A DNA stretch of 64,000 nucleotides from the NCBI GenBank assembly GCA_963748625.1, contig CAVVJT010000002.1, positions 160,001 through 224,000 on the forward strand, written 5' to 3'. The DNA comes from an uncultured Chloroflexia bacterium. Its GTDB lineage: Bacteria; Chloroflexota; Limnocylindria; Limnocylindrales; CSP1-4. The notes beneath the pieces were generated by a model. The model searched no databases. It had not been told where the DNA came from and saw nothing but the letters and a program-made list of their open reading frames with translations. Within the stretch, counting starts at the first letter, position 1. Each line of letters starts with the position of its first letter. Shown one piece after another: positions 22,605 through 31,555 of this stretch. The translations under genes were made by a program, and so were the position numbers.

Positions 22605-24631
22605 GCCGCCACCGCGCCCTGCCCGACCCTGATGCCGCTTCGATCGCCGAGCTCATCGACCTGTCCAACCGGTTTGGCGTGGATCCCATGTACTCCCGCG
22701 CGGGCGGGGGCAATGCTTCGGTCAAGGCGGACGGGGTGCTCTGGATCAAGCCGTCGGGCGTGCCGCTGGCGACGCTCACCGCGGGCGATCTCGTCCCGCT
22801 CGACTTGCCGACGCTCCTCGCGGTGCTCGACGACGCCCCGCTGAACGCCGATCCCGACACGGACCCGGTGATGACGGCCGCTGCCGACGCCCGTCTGGAC
22901 GCCGCCAGTGGGCGGCGCCCCAGCGTGGAGCTGCTGTTCCACGCGCTGCTCTCTGAGCGGTATGTGCTCCACACCCACCCGATCGCGGTGAACGCCATCA
23001 CCTGCCACGCCGACGGTGCGGAGCTCGCGGCCCGCCTGTTCGGCGATCGCGTGCTCTGGGTGCCGTACACGGATCCAGGGCTGCCGCTGGCCCGGGCCAT
23101 CCTCGGGGCACGTGCCGCGTACGAGACCCGGGTCGGCCGTCCGGCTCCGGCGATCACCCTGTTGGGCAACCACGGCCTCATCGTCGCTGGGGCGTCCGCG
23201 GCGGCGATCGACGCTGAGACGGCCTGGCTGGCGAGCGTGATCGACGGCGCCCTCCAGGCGGCGCCCGCACCCCGCGAGTGGCAGGCCCCGGCCGATGCCG
23301 AGCTCACGACGGCGGCGATGGCGGTGATCGGCCCGGTGTTGCGCGCGCGGCTCGGGGGTGTGCGGCGCGGGGTCGTGCTGTTCGACGACGATCCGCTGGC
23401 CGCCTCGTTCGCCGGTACCGCTGTCGGGCGTGCCTTCGCTGCGGGGGGCGCGCTCATCCCCGACCACATCGTCTACGCGGGCGTCGTCCCGCTGCTCCTC
23501 GATGTTGCCGGGGTCGCTCCAGACGCGCTGGCCGGCCTTGTCATCGAGCAGCTCGGTGCCTTCGCGGCGGAGCACGGCGACCTCCCGATCGTCGCCCTGG
23601 TTCCGGGCGTCGGCCTGTTCGCCTCCGGCGAGTCCTGGGCCCAGGCCGATACGGCGCGCCACATCGCGCTCGACATGCTGCGGACCGGGGCACTCGCGAT
23701 CCGGCTCGGCGGCGTGCGCCACCTGGCCGGCGCCGAGCGGGGATTCATCGAGCAGTGGGAGGCCGAGGCCTACCGCAAGCAGATCGCCTTGGGCGAGGGG
23801 AGTGGCGGTCGCATCGCGGGGCGCGTCGCCCTGGTCACCGGCGCCGCCCAGGGGTTCGGCCTGGGCATCGCGGAGGGCCTGCTCGCCCACGGCGCCCACG
23901 TCGTCCTCGCCGACCTCAACGTCCCGCTGGCGGAGCGTGAGGCCGCGCGCCTGTGCGCCCAGCACGGGGAGGGACGTGCGATCGCGGTGGCCATGGACGT
24001 CACCGACGAGGCGAGCGTGGCCGCCGGGGTCGCCGAGGTGGTGCGCCGGTTCGGCGGCTTCGACCTGGTCGTCTCCAACGCCGGCGTTCTGCGCGCAGGC
24101 GCCGTCACGGCCCAGCCCGTGGACGAGTTCGACCTGGTCACCCGCGTCAACTACCGCGGCTACTGGCTGGTGGTGAAGCACACCGCGCCCGTCCTCGCCC
24201 TCCAGCACGCGGCCGACGACGCGTGGTGGGGCGACATCGTCGAGATCTCGTCGAAGTCCGGCCTCGTGGGGTCGTCCCGCAACAGCGCGTATGCGGGCTC
24301 CAAGTTCGGCGGCATCGGGCTCACGCAGTCGTTCGCCCTGGAGCTCGTCGGCGACGGGATCAAGGTGAACGCGGTCTGCCCGGGCAACTTCTTCGACGGG
24401 CCGCTCTGGAGCGACCCGGTGAACGGGCTCTTCGTCCAGTACCTGCGCGAGGGCAAGGTGCCGGGCGCGCAGTCCGTGGACGACGTCCGCCGCGCCTACG
24501 AGGCCAAGGTGCCGATGGGCCGCGGCTGCCTGCCTGCCGACATCGTCGAAGCCATCCTCTACCTCGTCGCCCAGCAGTACGAGACCGGCCAGGCCCTGCC
24601 TGTCACGGGCGGCCAGGTGATGCTCTCGTGA
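22601..24631 (+). CDS. Class II aldolase-like domain fused to SDR (sorbitol-6-phosphate dehydrogenase-like)
   Basis: N-domain: 'AGGGNASVK', 'RPSVE', 'HTHP', 'NHG'; C-domain: 'TGAAQGFG', 'SKSGLVGS..NSAYAGSKFGGIGLTQSFALEL', 'KVPMGRGC', 'TGGQVM'. Confidence 0.88.
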   Translation: MSRHRALPDPDAASIAELIDLSNRFGVDPMYSRAGGGNASVKADGVLWIKPSGVPLATLTAGDLVPLDLPTLLAVLDDAPLNADPDTDPVMTAAADARLDAASGRRPSVELLFHALLSERYVLHTHPIAVNAITCHADGAELAARLFGDRVLWVPYTDPGLPLARAILGARAAYETRVGRPAPAITLLGNHGLIVAGASAAAIDAETAWLASVIDGALQAAPAPREWQAPADAELTTAAMAVIGPVLRARLGGVRRGVVLFDDDPLAASFAGTAVGRAFAAGGALIPDHIVYAGVVPLLLDVAGVAPDALAGLVIEQLGAFAAEHGDLPIVALVPGVGLFASGESWAQADTARHIALDMLRTGALAIRLGGVRHLAGAERGFIEQWEAEAYRKQIALGEGSGGRIAGRVALVTGAAQGFGLGIAEGLLAHGAHVVLADLNVPLAEREAARLCAQHGEGRAIAVAMDVTDEASVAAGVAEVVRRFGGFDLVVSNAGVLRAGAVTAQPVDEFDLVTRVNYRGYWLVVKHTAPVLALQHAADDAWWGDIVEISSKSGLVGSSRNSAYAGSKFGGIGLTQSFALELVGDGIKVNAVCPGNFFDGPLWSDPVNGLFVQYLREGKVPGAQSVDDVRRAYEAKVPMGRGCLPADIVEAILYLVAQQYETGQALPVTGGQVMLS

Positions 24632-24653
24632 GACTCCCCCGAAGGAACGACCA

Positions 24654-26304
24654 GTGACCGAGCTCCCCGCCACGCAGCATGCGATCCAGTTCACCGGGCC
24701 GGGCCTGGTGGTGCACAACGCCGCGAAGTCGGTCCCCGTCCCCGGGCCGACCCAGCTGGTGCTCGCGGTGGAGGCGACCGGGATCTGCTTCTCCGACACG
24801 AAGCTGCTGCACGCCTGGACCTCGCACCCCCGCAAGGGGCCGGTGCTGGGCGGGGTGACGCCCGAGGTGCTTGCCGGGATCCCCTCCTACGTCCCCGGCG
24901 AGGCCCCGATCGTGCCCGGGCACGAGTGCTGTGCGCGGATCGTGGCCGCGGGGCCGTCCGTCGAGCACCACCACGTCGGGGAGCGCGTGCTCGTCCAGAC
25001 CGACTACCGCCACCTGCCCACCGCCAGCTCGAATGCGGCGTTCGGCTACAACTTCGAAGGCGGACTCCAGGAGTACGTGCTGCTCGACGAGCGGATGATC
25101 CTCGACCCGGCCACGGGCGAGCGGTTCCTGATCCCCGTGGAGGAGGGACCGTCCGGCTCCGCGGTGGCGCTGCTGGAGCCGTGGGCGTGTGTCGAGAAGT
25201 CGTACGCGAACCGCGAGCGGCAGGGGCTCCTGCCAGGTGGCGCACTGCTGGTTGTCGTGGACCCGGGGGCGAACCTCGAGGGGCTCGCGGCCCTGGAAGC
25301 GGCCTCGTCCGGCGCTCCGGCCTCGCGGGACATCGTGGGTCCGGCCTCGGATGCGGCCATCGCGGCGCTCGCGGGCCGGCGGTTCGACGACATCGTCTAC
25401 GCCGGCGCATCGGCCGAGCGGATCGAGGCGCTCCAGGAACTGCTGGCCCCGGGCGGCGTGCTGGCGATCGTGACCGGCGGGGCGGCCATCGACCGTCCCG
25501 TTGCCGTGGACGTGGGCCGCGTCCACTACGACCCGATCCGGTTCTGCGGGACCACGGGCACGTCCGTGGCCGAGGCCTACGCGCGCATTCCTGCCGACGG
25601 CGAGCTGCGTGACGGTGATCGCGTGGCGGTCGTGGGCGCTGCAGGGCCGATGGGCTTCATGCACGTGATCCGGGCGGCGACGATGGGGCTTGCCGGGGTC
25701 TCGCTGGCAGCAATCGACATCGACGACGCACGGCTGGCGCACCTGGCCGACGTGGCCGCGCCGCTGGCCGCCGGAGAACGGGGTCGAGGCGACCTTCGTG
25801 AACTCGCGGGTGACGGCGGTCGGGTCCGGGGCCTTCGACTACGTCGGGGTCATGGTCCCGGCGCCCGCGCTCGTGGTGCAGGCGATGGACATGGCGGCGC
25901 CCGGCGCACGACTCAACCTGTTCGCCGGGTTTGCCGTGGGGACGAAGGCGCAGATCGACCTGAACCGCGTCGCGGCCGATGGCCTGTACCTCTTCGGTAC
26001 ATCCGGGTCCGAGATCCGCGACATGGTCGCCGTGCTTGCGCGCCTGGAGGCAGGGCGGCTGGACACGAACGTCTCGCTCGACGCGGTGTGCGGCATGGAG
26101 GGGATCTCCGATGCCCTCGCGGCCGTGGAGGCGCGCACGTCCGGCGGCAAGATCGTGGTCTACCCGCAGCTCCACGACATGGGGATGGTCCGCCTGGCCG
26201 AGCTGCCGGAGCGGTTCCCCGCGGTGGCGGCACTGCTGGACGACGGCCGGTGGACGCGCGCCGCCGAGGAGGCGCTGCTCGCCGAGGCCGGCGCCCAGGG
26301 CTGA
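24654..26304 (+). CDS. Zn-dependent MDR oxidoreductase (L-sorbose-1-phosphate reductase-like; frameshift near 25775)
   Basis: 'GICFSD', 'GHE', 'LLEPWACV', 'GAAGPMG', 'GTSGS', 'GGKIVVYP' across ORFs 24654 and 25690. Confidence 0.8.
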
Positions 26305-26634
26305 TCGTCAGGCGACGTGCGCGCGGGCGACGTGTCCGTCCAGGCCGCGGGCGGCGCCTCCCGGGAGTTCCTCCCTGCCAGCGGGCACTACGTGCGGAAT
26401 TCCGGACGATCATCCCGCCTGGTGGGCAGCGGCCTGCCCCACTGCCCCGAATTGGCCGCAGCCAACCGCCTGGCGGCACGTGTGCGCAGGACTTCGCACA
26501 CAGGGCCCGGTGGCCGGTTGACTGAGGCCCCGCGGATCGGCAGTCATGGCTCACCGGGCCCATTGCGTCCGGGCCCTCGGCGAGCAACGATGCAGTCGGA
26601 CAGTCCTTCGGGCCGTCCACGCGGGTGATGCAGC

Positions 26635-26973
26635 ATGGACACCATCTCCGATCTCGAAGCCGGCGCGGCTGAGGCGTTCGACCCGGCCCGGCTGGCCGTG
26701 GGCCTGGGCGCGGCGATGATCGCGATCGCCATCTCGGCGATCGTCCTCTGGGCGCTCTGGAACCACCTGCGGCCGCTGCTTGGAGAGATCCTCGGACCGC
26801 CTGCCCGCAGGCTGGCGATGAAGTGGACGCGGACCATCCACGGCTCCAGCGGGGCCGGCGCCCCCTGGCTGTGCGTGCCCTGCCGCTCGTACAACGACGG
26901 CCGGCACGTGCACTGCTACCGGTGCAAGGCGGCGCGGCCGGAGGTGGAGGGGACCCCACCCGTCATCAACTGA
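26635..26973 (+). CDS. Single-TM protein with RanBP2-type zinc finger
   Basis: TM helix, then 'WLCVPCRSYNDGRHVHCYRC' = W-x-C-x2-C-x3-N-x6-C-x2-C. Confidence 0.75.
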   Translation: MDTISDLEAGAAEAFDPARLAVGLGAAMIAIAISAIVLWALWNHLRPLLGEILGPPARRLAMKWTRTIHGSSGAGAPWLCVPCRSYNDGRHVHCYRCKAARPEVEGTPPVIN

Positions 26974-26989
26974 CCGGTCCCCTGTTTGT

Positions 26990-27051
26990 GTACTTGCGCA
27001 AAGACGCAAGTACCGGCTACAGTTGCGACAGCACTTGCGCAAAGACGCAAG
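26990..27051 (+). promoter_or_regulatory. Duplicated palindromic operator upstream of thioredoxin
   Basis: ACTTGCGCAAAGACGCAAG occurs twice (26992, 27033); each copy is CTTGCG-N6-CGCAAG. Confidence 0.75.
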
Positions 27052-27090
27052 CAGCCACGACACAGCCGTCACCACAAGGGACCCGCCAGC

Positions 27091-27438
27091 ATGATCACCA
27101 ACGCCACCGACGACACCTTCGTCGAGCTCGTCATCGAGTCGCCCCGCCCCGTCGTCGTGGACTTCTGGGCAGCGTGGTGCGGCCCCTGCAAGATGGTCGC
27201 CCCCGAGATCGAGCGGCTTGCCGCCAAGTACGACGGCGCCGTGGATGTCGTGAAGGTCGACGTGGACGCCAACCCGGAGATCTCCGCTGCCCTGGGCATC
27301 CAGAGCATCCCCACCATCGCGTTCTTCCCGGGCGGCGAGCAGCAGCCGATGGGTGTCGTGGGCTTCCAGCCGGCCGAGTCGCTCGAGCAGGCGTTTGGCC
27401 TGGAGAAGTACCTCCTCGAGGCCGTCCTGGAGGTCTGA
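27091..27438 (+). CDS. trxA: Thioredoxin
   Basis: 'VDFWAAWCGPCKM', 'IQSIPT'. Confidence 0.95.
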   Translation: MITNATDDTFVELVIESPRPVVVDFWAAWCGPCKMVAPEIERLAAKYDGAVDVVKVDVDANPEISAALGIQSIPTIAFFPGGEQQPMGVVGFQPAESLEQAFGLEKYLLEAVLEV

Positions 27439-27699
27439 TCGGGACGTCCGCCCTACGGCGAGACGACCACCCACTTCCCGTACCAGCGCGCCAGGCCATC
27501 GGGCTGCCAGCACTGGCGGAAGCCGTACCGCCCGCCCAGGTCGGCGAGTGCGATCGGCCGGTTGACCGGGTCGTCCGGCTTGCCGAGTGAGCCCGACACG
27601 ATCACGTGCGCGCGCCGTGGGGACCGTTTGCTGGCGGTCCTTCCGGGTGCTGCGACGCTGCACCCATCGCCGCAATGGAACTTGTGCGAGAGTGCCGGC

Positions 27700-28017
27700 A
27701 TGGCTGACATCGACATCGAGTACCTGTGGTTCGAGGCTGCCCGAACCACGGGCCCGCCCGGGACCTGCTTGTCGCGGTGATCGCGGATCTCGCCCCGGGC
27801 ACACCCATCCGCGAGATCGACGCCTCGAATGTGGAGGTGGCCCGGAACCACCGGGTTCCCGGGATCACCGACGATCCGGGTCAACGGCATGGACGTGGAC
27901 CCCGGATTCCGGGATGAGGGTGACTACACGCCCCGCTGCCGGGTGTTCCACACGTCCGCCGGGATCAGCGGCGTGCCCGAGCGCGCGTGGATCGAGGCCG
28001 CGGTCCGGGGCGCCTGA
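27700..28017 (+). CDS. Thioredoxin-fold DUF2703/'DF family' protein (frameshifted)
   Basis: Reconstructed 'IEYLWFEGCPNH...FPGSPTIRVNGMDVDP...PRCRVF'; two indels. Confidence 0.7.
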
Positions 28018-28040
28018 TTCGAGCGGGGTCGTGGTACCGG

Positions 28041-28772
28041 TCAGCCGTCGAGGGGCGCCACCGCGAACAGGACTGCGAACTCCTTGCACCAGATCACCAC
28101 GCTGCGAGCCGCGGCGACATCGATTCCGGCCGGGATCGGCGTGTTGAAGCTGCCATCGGTCGCGCGGAGGCGCCCCAGCCTGACGGCGTCCTTCGTCCAG
28201 CCCTTGGGATCCGGCGAGAGGTAGACAAAGAGGTCGGGGCCGTTGCGGACGGAGAAGTCGTCGAACCGGAGCGTGTGGCTGCCGTCCGGCGCCACCGTCA
28301 GGGTCGCCCGGCCACGCCCGAAGTGGAAGTCGTCGGCGCCGGTGAACCTGCCGGTGCGGACGAGAGGCGCGGGAACGGGCGCGGGCGTCGCGGCGGGGGT
28401 TGGCGCAGACGATGGCGCGGGCGCGGTTGTGAGGCCGGCCCGCTGCGTCGGGGCGGCCGCCGCGGGGCTCGCTGACGGTGCAACGGTCGTCGCTGGGGAC
28501 GCGATGACGGCGACGGGCCCAGGTTCCACGAGCTCGGTGCGGATGAAGAGCGGTGAGCCGAGGTACCAGGCGGCCGGCGCGAGGACCACGACGACCGCCG
28601 CGACGAGCGCACCCGTGCGGAGCGGGTGCCGTCGTGCGGCGGCGAGCCACCCGCGCCGGGCGGCCACGACGACGAGCACGACAACAGCGACAGCGGCGAT
28701 GGCGGCGATCGCGAAGCGCCACGGATACAGGCTTGTGGCGGCGAACCGCTCGAGGTCTCCGAGGGACGGCAT
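28041..28772 (-). CDS. DM13-domain membrane-anchored protein
   Basis: TM helices, Pro/Ala linker, 'GRFTGADDFHFGRGRA..NGPDLFVYLS..LGRL..SVVIWCKEFAVLF'. Confidence 0.9.
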   Translation of the reverse strand: MPSLGDLERFAATSLYPWRFAIAAIAAVAVVVLVVVAARRGWLAAARRHPLRTGALVAAVVVVLAPAAWYLGSPLFIRTELVEPGPVAVIASPATTVAPSASPAAAAPTQRAGLTTAPAPSSAPTPAATPAPVPAPLVRTGRFTGADDFHFGRGRATLTVAPDGSHTLRFDDFSVRNGPDLFVYLSPDPKGWTKDAVRLGRLRATDGSFNTPIPAGIDVAAARSVVIWCKEFAVLFAVAPLDG

Positions 28773-28810
28773 GGCGTTGGCTCCGGGTGCGGGGTCGGCG
28801 TGGCTCCGGC

Positions 28811-28842
28811 AGGATCGCAGGCCCGTGTGACTATGCGATGAC
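28811..28842 (-). promoter_or_regulatory. OmpR/PhoB-type box promoter of DM13 gene
   Basis: Minus strand GTCAT-N6-GTCAC-N10-GATCCT. Confidence 0.6.
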
Positions 28843-29012
28843 GATCGGTCCACTCTCGCGCGCCCTCAGCGACTGCCGCCCAGCGAACGCTGCGGCGCGT
28901 GGGTTGCGCAGATGCGTCGCGCGGCGGAAAGCGCGACACGCGGACGGGTGTTGCAGGTGTCGGATGCGGCCGGTAGCGGCAATTCAGCGCGTGGACGGCC
29001 TGCAGCGTTCGC

Positions 29013-29059
29013 GGGGCGGGAATTCGACTTGGGGGCGGGAATTCGACGTGGGGGCGGAA
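29013..29059. repeat. 19-bp tandem repeat, ~2.5 copies
   Basis: GGGGCGGGAATTCGAC(T/G)TG x2, then GGGGCGGAA. Confidence 0.8.
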
Positions 29060-29094
29060 GCCGCGAACGAGCCGGAGGATGATGGTCCGGGTGC

Positions 29095-30153
29095 TCAGGC
29101 CGGCAGGCGGAACCAGAACGTCGTCGAGCCGGCATCCGACGCGGCGCCGACGCGCCCACCCGCCTGCTCCACGAGCTGCTTCACGATCGCCAGGCCGACG
29201 CCGGCGCCGCCGCGCGTCCGATCCCGCGACTTCTCCACCCGGTAGAACCGCTCCCACACAAGGGGCAGGTCATCCGGCGGGATGCCCGGGCCCGAGTTGG
29301 TGACCTGGACGGTCACCCCGTCTGGGCCGCGTGCTCCGGCGACCTGCACCCGGCCACCCGCGGGCGTGTAGCGCACCGCGTTCTGGAGCAGGTTCCCGAT
29401 GACCTGCGCCAGCTCGTCGGAGAGGCCGCGCACGACGAGCTGATCATCGAGCGCGACCGTCAGCACGATCGAGCGGCGCGCCAGCGCGGGTCCGACGAGG
29501 TCGGCCGCCCCCCGGACGATCGGCGCCAGGTCGACCGGGCCCGGCTGCGGGCGGATGCCCTCGGCGCCGGCCAGGATGTCCAGCGATGCGGCCAGGCGCG
29601 TCAGCCGGTCCACCTCCTCGCGGAGCGAGTCGAAGGTCGCCGGGTCCGGAGGCAGGACACCGTCCCGGAGCGCCTCCAGATAGCCCTGCAGGTTCGTGAG
29701 TGGCGTCCGCAGCTCGTGCGAGGCGTTGATGACGAACTCCCGGCGGATCGCGTCCTGCTCGGCAAGCCGCTCGGCCATGGTGTTGTAGGCCGCCGCAAGG
29801 GACTGCAGCTCGGCGGGCCCGTCCTCGGGAACCCTGACCGAGAGGTCACCGTCGGCGATCTGGCCGGCGGCCACGGCGAGACGCTCGATCGGGCGGGCGA
29901 GCCGCCGGGCGAGGATGGCCGCGAGGACGACGGCGACCGTCGCCGCGACCCCGGCCGCGACCAGCAGCACGATGGTCACGCTCTCATCGAACATGGCGCG
30001 GGCGTGGTCGGCGGTGTCACCAGCAGCCACCATCAGCGAGGCGAACAGGTCGCCGCCGACGCGGAGCACGCCGACAGCGACAATCGCGAGCGCCACTGCC
30101 GCCACGGCCAGTGACGCGAGGAGCATCCGGCTGCCGATGCCGCGGGACCTCAT
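29095..30153 (-). CDS. HAMP-domain sensor histidine kinase (BaeS-like)
   Basis: 2 TM, HAMP, 'ASHELRTPL', 'NLLQNA', 'RFYRVEKSR..GGAGVGL'. Confidence 0.93.
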   Translation of the reverse strand: MRSRGIGSRMLLASLAVAAVALAIVAVGVLRVGGDLFASLMVAAGDTADHARAMFDESVTIVLLVAAGVAATVAVVLAAILARRLARPIERLAVAAGQIADGDLSVRVPEDGPAELQSLAAAYNTMAERLAEQDAIRREFVINASHELRTPLTNLQGYLEALRDGVLPPDPATFDSLREEVDRLTRLAASLDILAGAEGIRPQPGPVDLAPIVRGAADLVGPALARRSIVLTVALDDQLVVRGLSDELAQVIGNLLQNAVRYTPAGGRVQVAGARGPDGVTVQVTNSGPGIPPDDLPLVWERFYRVEKSRDRTRGGAGVGLAIVKQLVEQAGGRVGAASDAGSTTFWFRLPA

Positions 30154-30890
30154 GCGGACACGTCCCGGCGCTCGACCGGACCCGCTGCCCGGTAGCCGGC
30201 ACCGCGCACGGTGGCCACGTACCGCGGCACCTCGGGGTCGTCGCCGAGCTTCTCGCGGAGGCGCTTCACGTAGACGTCGATGGACCGGTCCGAGACGTCG
30301 CCATCGGTGTGCCCGTACAACCCGTCGAGCAGGCGGTCCCGGCTGAGCACGCGTCCATCGGCGTCGAGGAGCACGGCCAGGAGCCGCAGCTCCAGGCTGC
30401 TCAGCGCAACCTCGCGGTCGCCCACCATCACCCGGTGGCGCGCCACGTCCACCGTCATGTCGGCCAGGACGAAGACCGTCGTCGCTTCGGCCCCGGTCGG
30501 GCGCTCCGTCCGCCGCAGGATCGTGCGCACCCGTGCCACAAGCTCTGCAGGAGAGAACGGCTTGGGCAGGTAGTCGTCGGCGCCCTCGCTCAGGCCCAGG
30601 ACCCGGTCGCCGACCGCGCTGCGCGCGGACAGCACCAGGATCGGCACGTCGCCATCCTCCCGAGCCCGCCGGATCACCGTCATCCCGTCCACTTCGGGAA
30701 GCATCAGGTCGAGGACGACGAGCCTGGGTGCATGCTCCTCGATCGCGCGCAGCGCGGCCCGCCCGTCGCCGGCCGTGATGACGGGGTACCGCTCCCGCTC
30801 GAGGTACGTCCGCACGAGCGCGACGATCTTGGGATCGTCGTCGACGACGAGGATCGGAGCGGAGGGGCGGGGCGGCACAGACGGGATCAT
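30150..30890 (-). CDS. OmpR-family response regulator
   Basis: 'VVDDD', 'LDLMLP', 'GADDYLPKPF', 'TVRGAGYR'. Confidence 0.95.
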   Translation of the reverse strand: MIPSVPPRPSAPILVVDDDPKIVALVRTYLERERYPVITAGDGRAALRAIEEHAPRLVVLDLMLPEVDGMTVIRRAREDGDVPILVLSARSAVGDRVLGLSEGADDYLPKPFSPAELVARVRTILRRTERPTGAEATTVFVLADMTVDVARHRVMVGDREVALSSLELRLLAVLLDADGRVLSRDRLLDGLYGHTDGDVSDRSIDVYVKRLREKLGDDPEVPRYVATVRGAGYRAAGPVERRDVSA

Positions 30891-30900
30891 CGCCTGTCAG

Positions 30901-30970
30901 AGGATGGGTGACAACGATGACGGGCCTGTGACACCGGGTCATCGGCGTGTCGCGACCCGCAGCCGAGACT
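30901..30970. promoter_or_regulatory. Back-to-back OmpR/PhoB-type boxes in divergent promoter
   Basis: Minus: GTCAC-N6-GTCAT-N10-CATCCT (30932 to 30901); plus: GTCAT-N6-GTCGC-N11-GAGACT (30938-30970). Confidence 0.6.
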
Positions 30971-31035
30971 CCGGCCAACCCGGCCCGACCGGGACGGCAC
31001 CACCGGCGCACGGCCGGTCACCTGGAGGTTCGGAC

Positions 31036-31452
31036 ATGCTCCGACGACTCACCGGCGCGGCAGCGGCGACCGCGCTCCTTCTCACCATCGGCGCGACCGC
31101 GGTGGCCGCGGGCGGCCCGCCGCACATCGGCTTCTACGTGGACGGCGCCACGTACCGGACGGTCGGAACCCCGACCGACTTCAGCGCGACCGGGGCCCCG
31201 GCACGCTCGTTCGACAGGATCTACGTCCTGGGCGGCGGGCTCATGAACGTGGCCGAGGCGAAGCCCGGTGACCGCGACTACAACGGCGGCCGCTGGATGG
31301 TGCTCCCGGTGACCTGGACGGCGGGCGCAACGCCCGTCCAGCTGACCAGCGCCGAGCAGGTGGACGCGTATGCCGCCGCAGGCATGCTGACGATCGCATC
31401 GGCGCCGGTGAAGCTCTTCGAGTGCCCCGTGATCCCCGTTCCGGGCCGCTGA
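31036..31452 (+). CDS. Secreted hypothetical protein
   Basis: RBS GGAGG, signal peptide, 'EAKPGDRDYNGGRW', 'FECPVIP'. Confidence 0.8.
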   Translation: MLRRLTGAAAATALLLTIGATAVAAGGPPHIGFYVDGATYRTVGTPTDFSATGAPARSFDRIYVLGGGLMNVAEAKPGDRDYNGGRWMVLPVTWTAGATPVQLTSAEQVDAYAAAGMLTIASAPVKLFECPVIPVPGR

Positions 31453-31555
31453 ACCGCACGACGCTGCGCCGGGCCATCGCCTGGCGCAGCGTTCCGGCGT
31501 CAGGACGCCTCGGTCGCAACCGGATTGACAGTGACGCTCCCCTGACCCTCGACCG

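Noticed and set aside
27700-27760. Possible selenocysteine in the DF-family protein
   Set aside because: The motif codon is TGC (Cys), not TGA; no in-frame Sec codon was recognised elsewhere
29013-29059. Possible mini-CRISPR
   Set aside because: Repeats are directly adjacent with no spacers, and there are no cas genes
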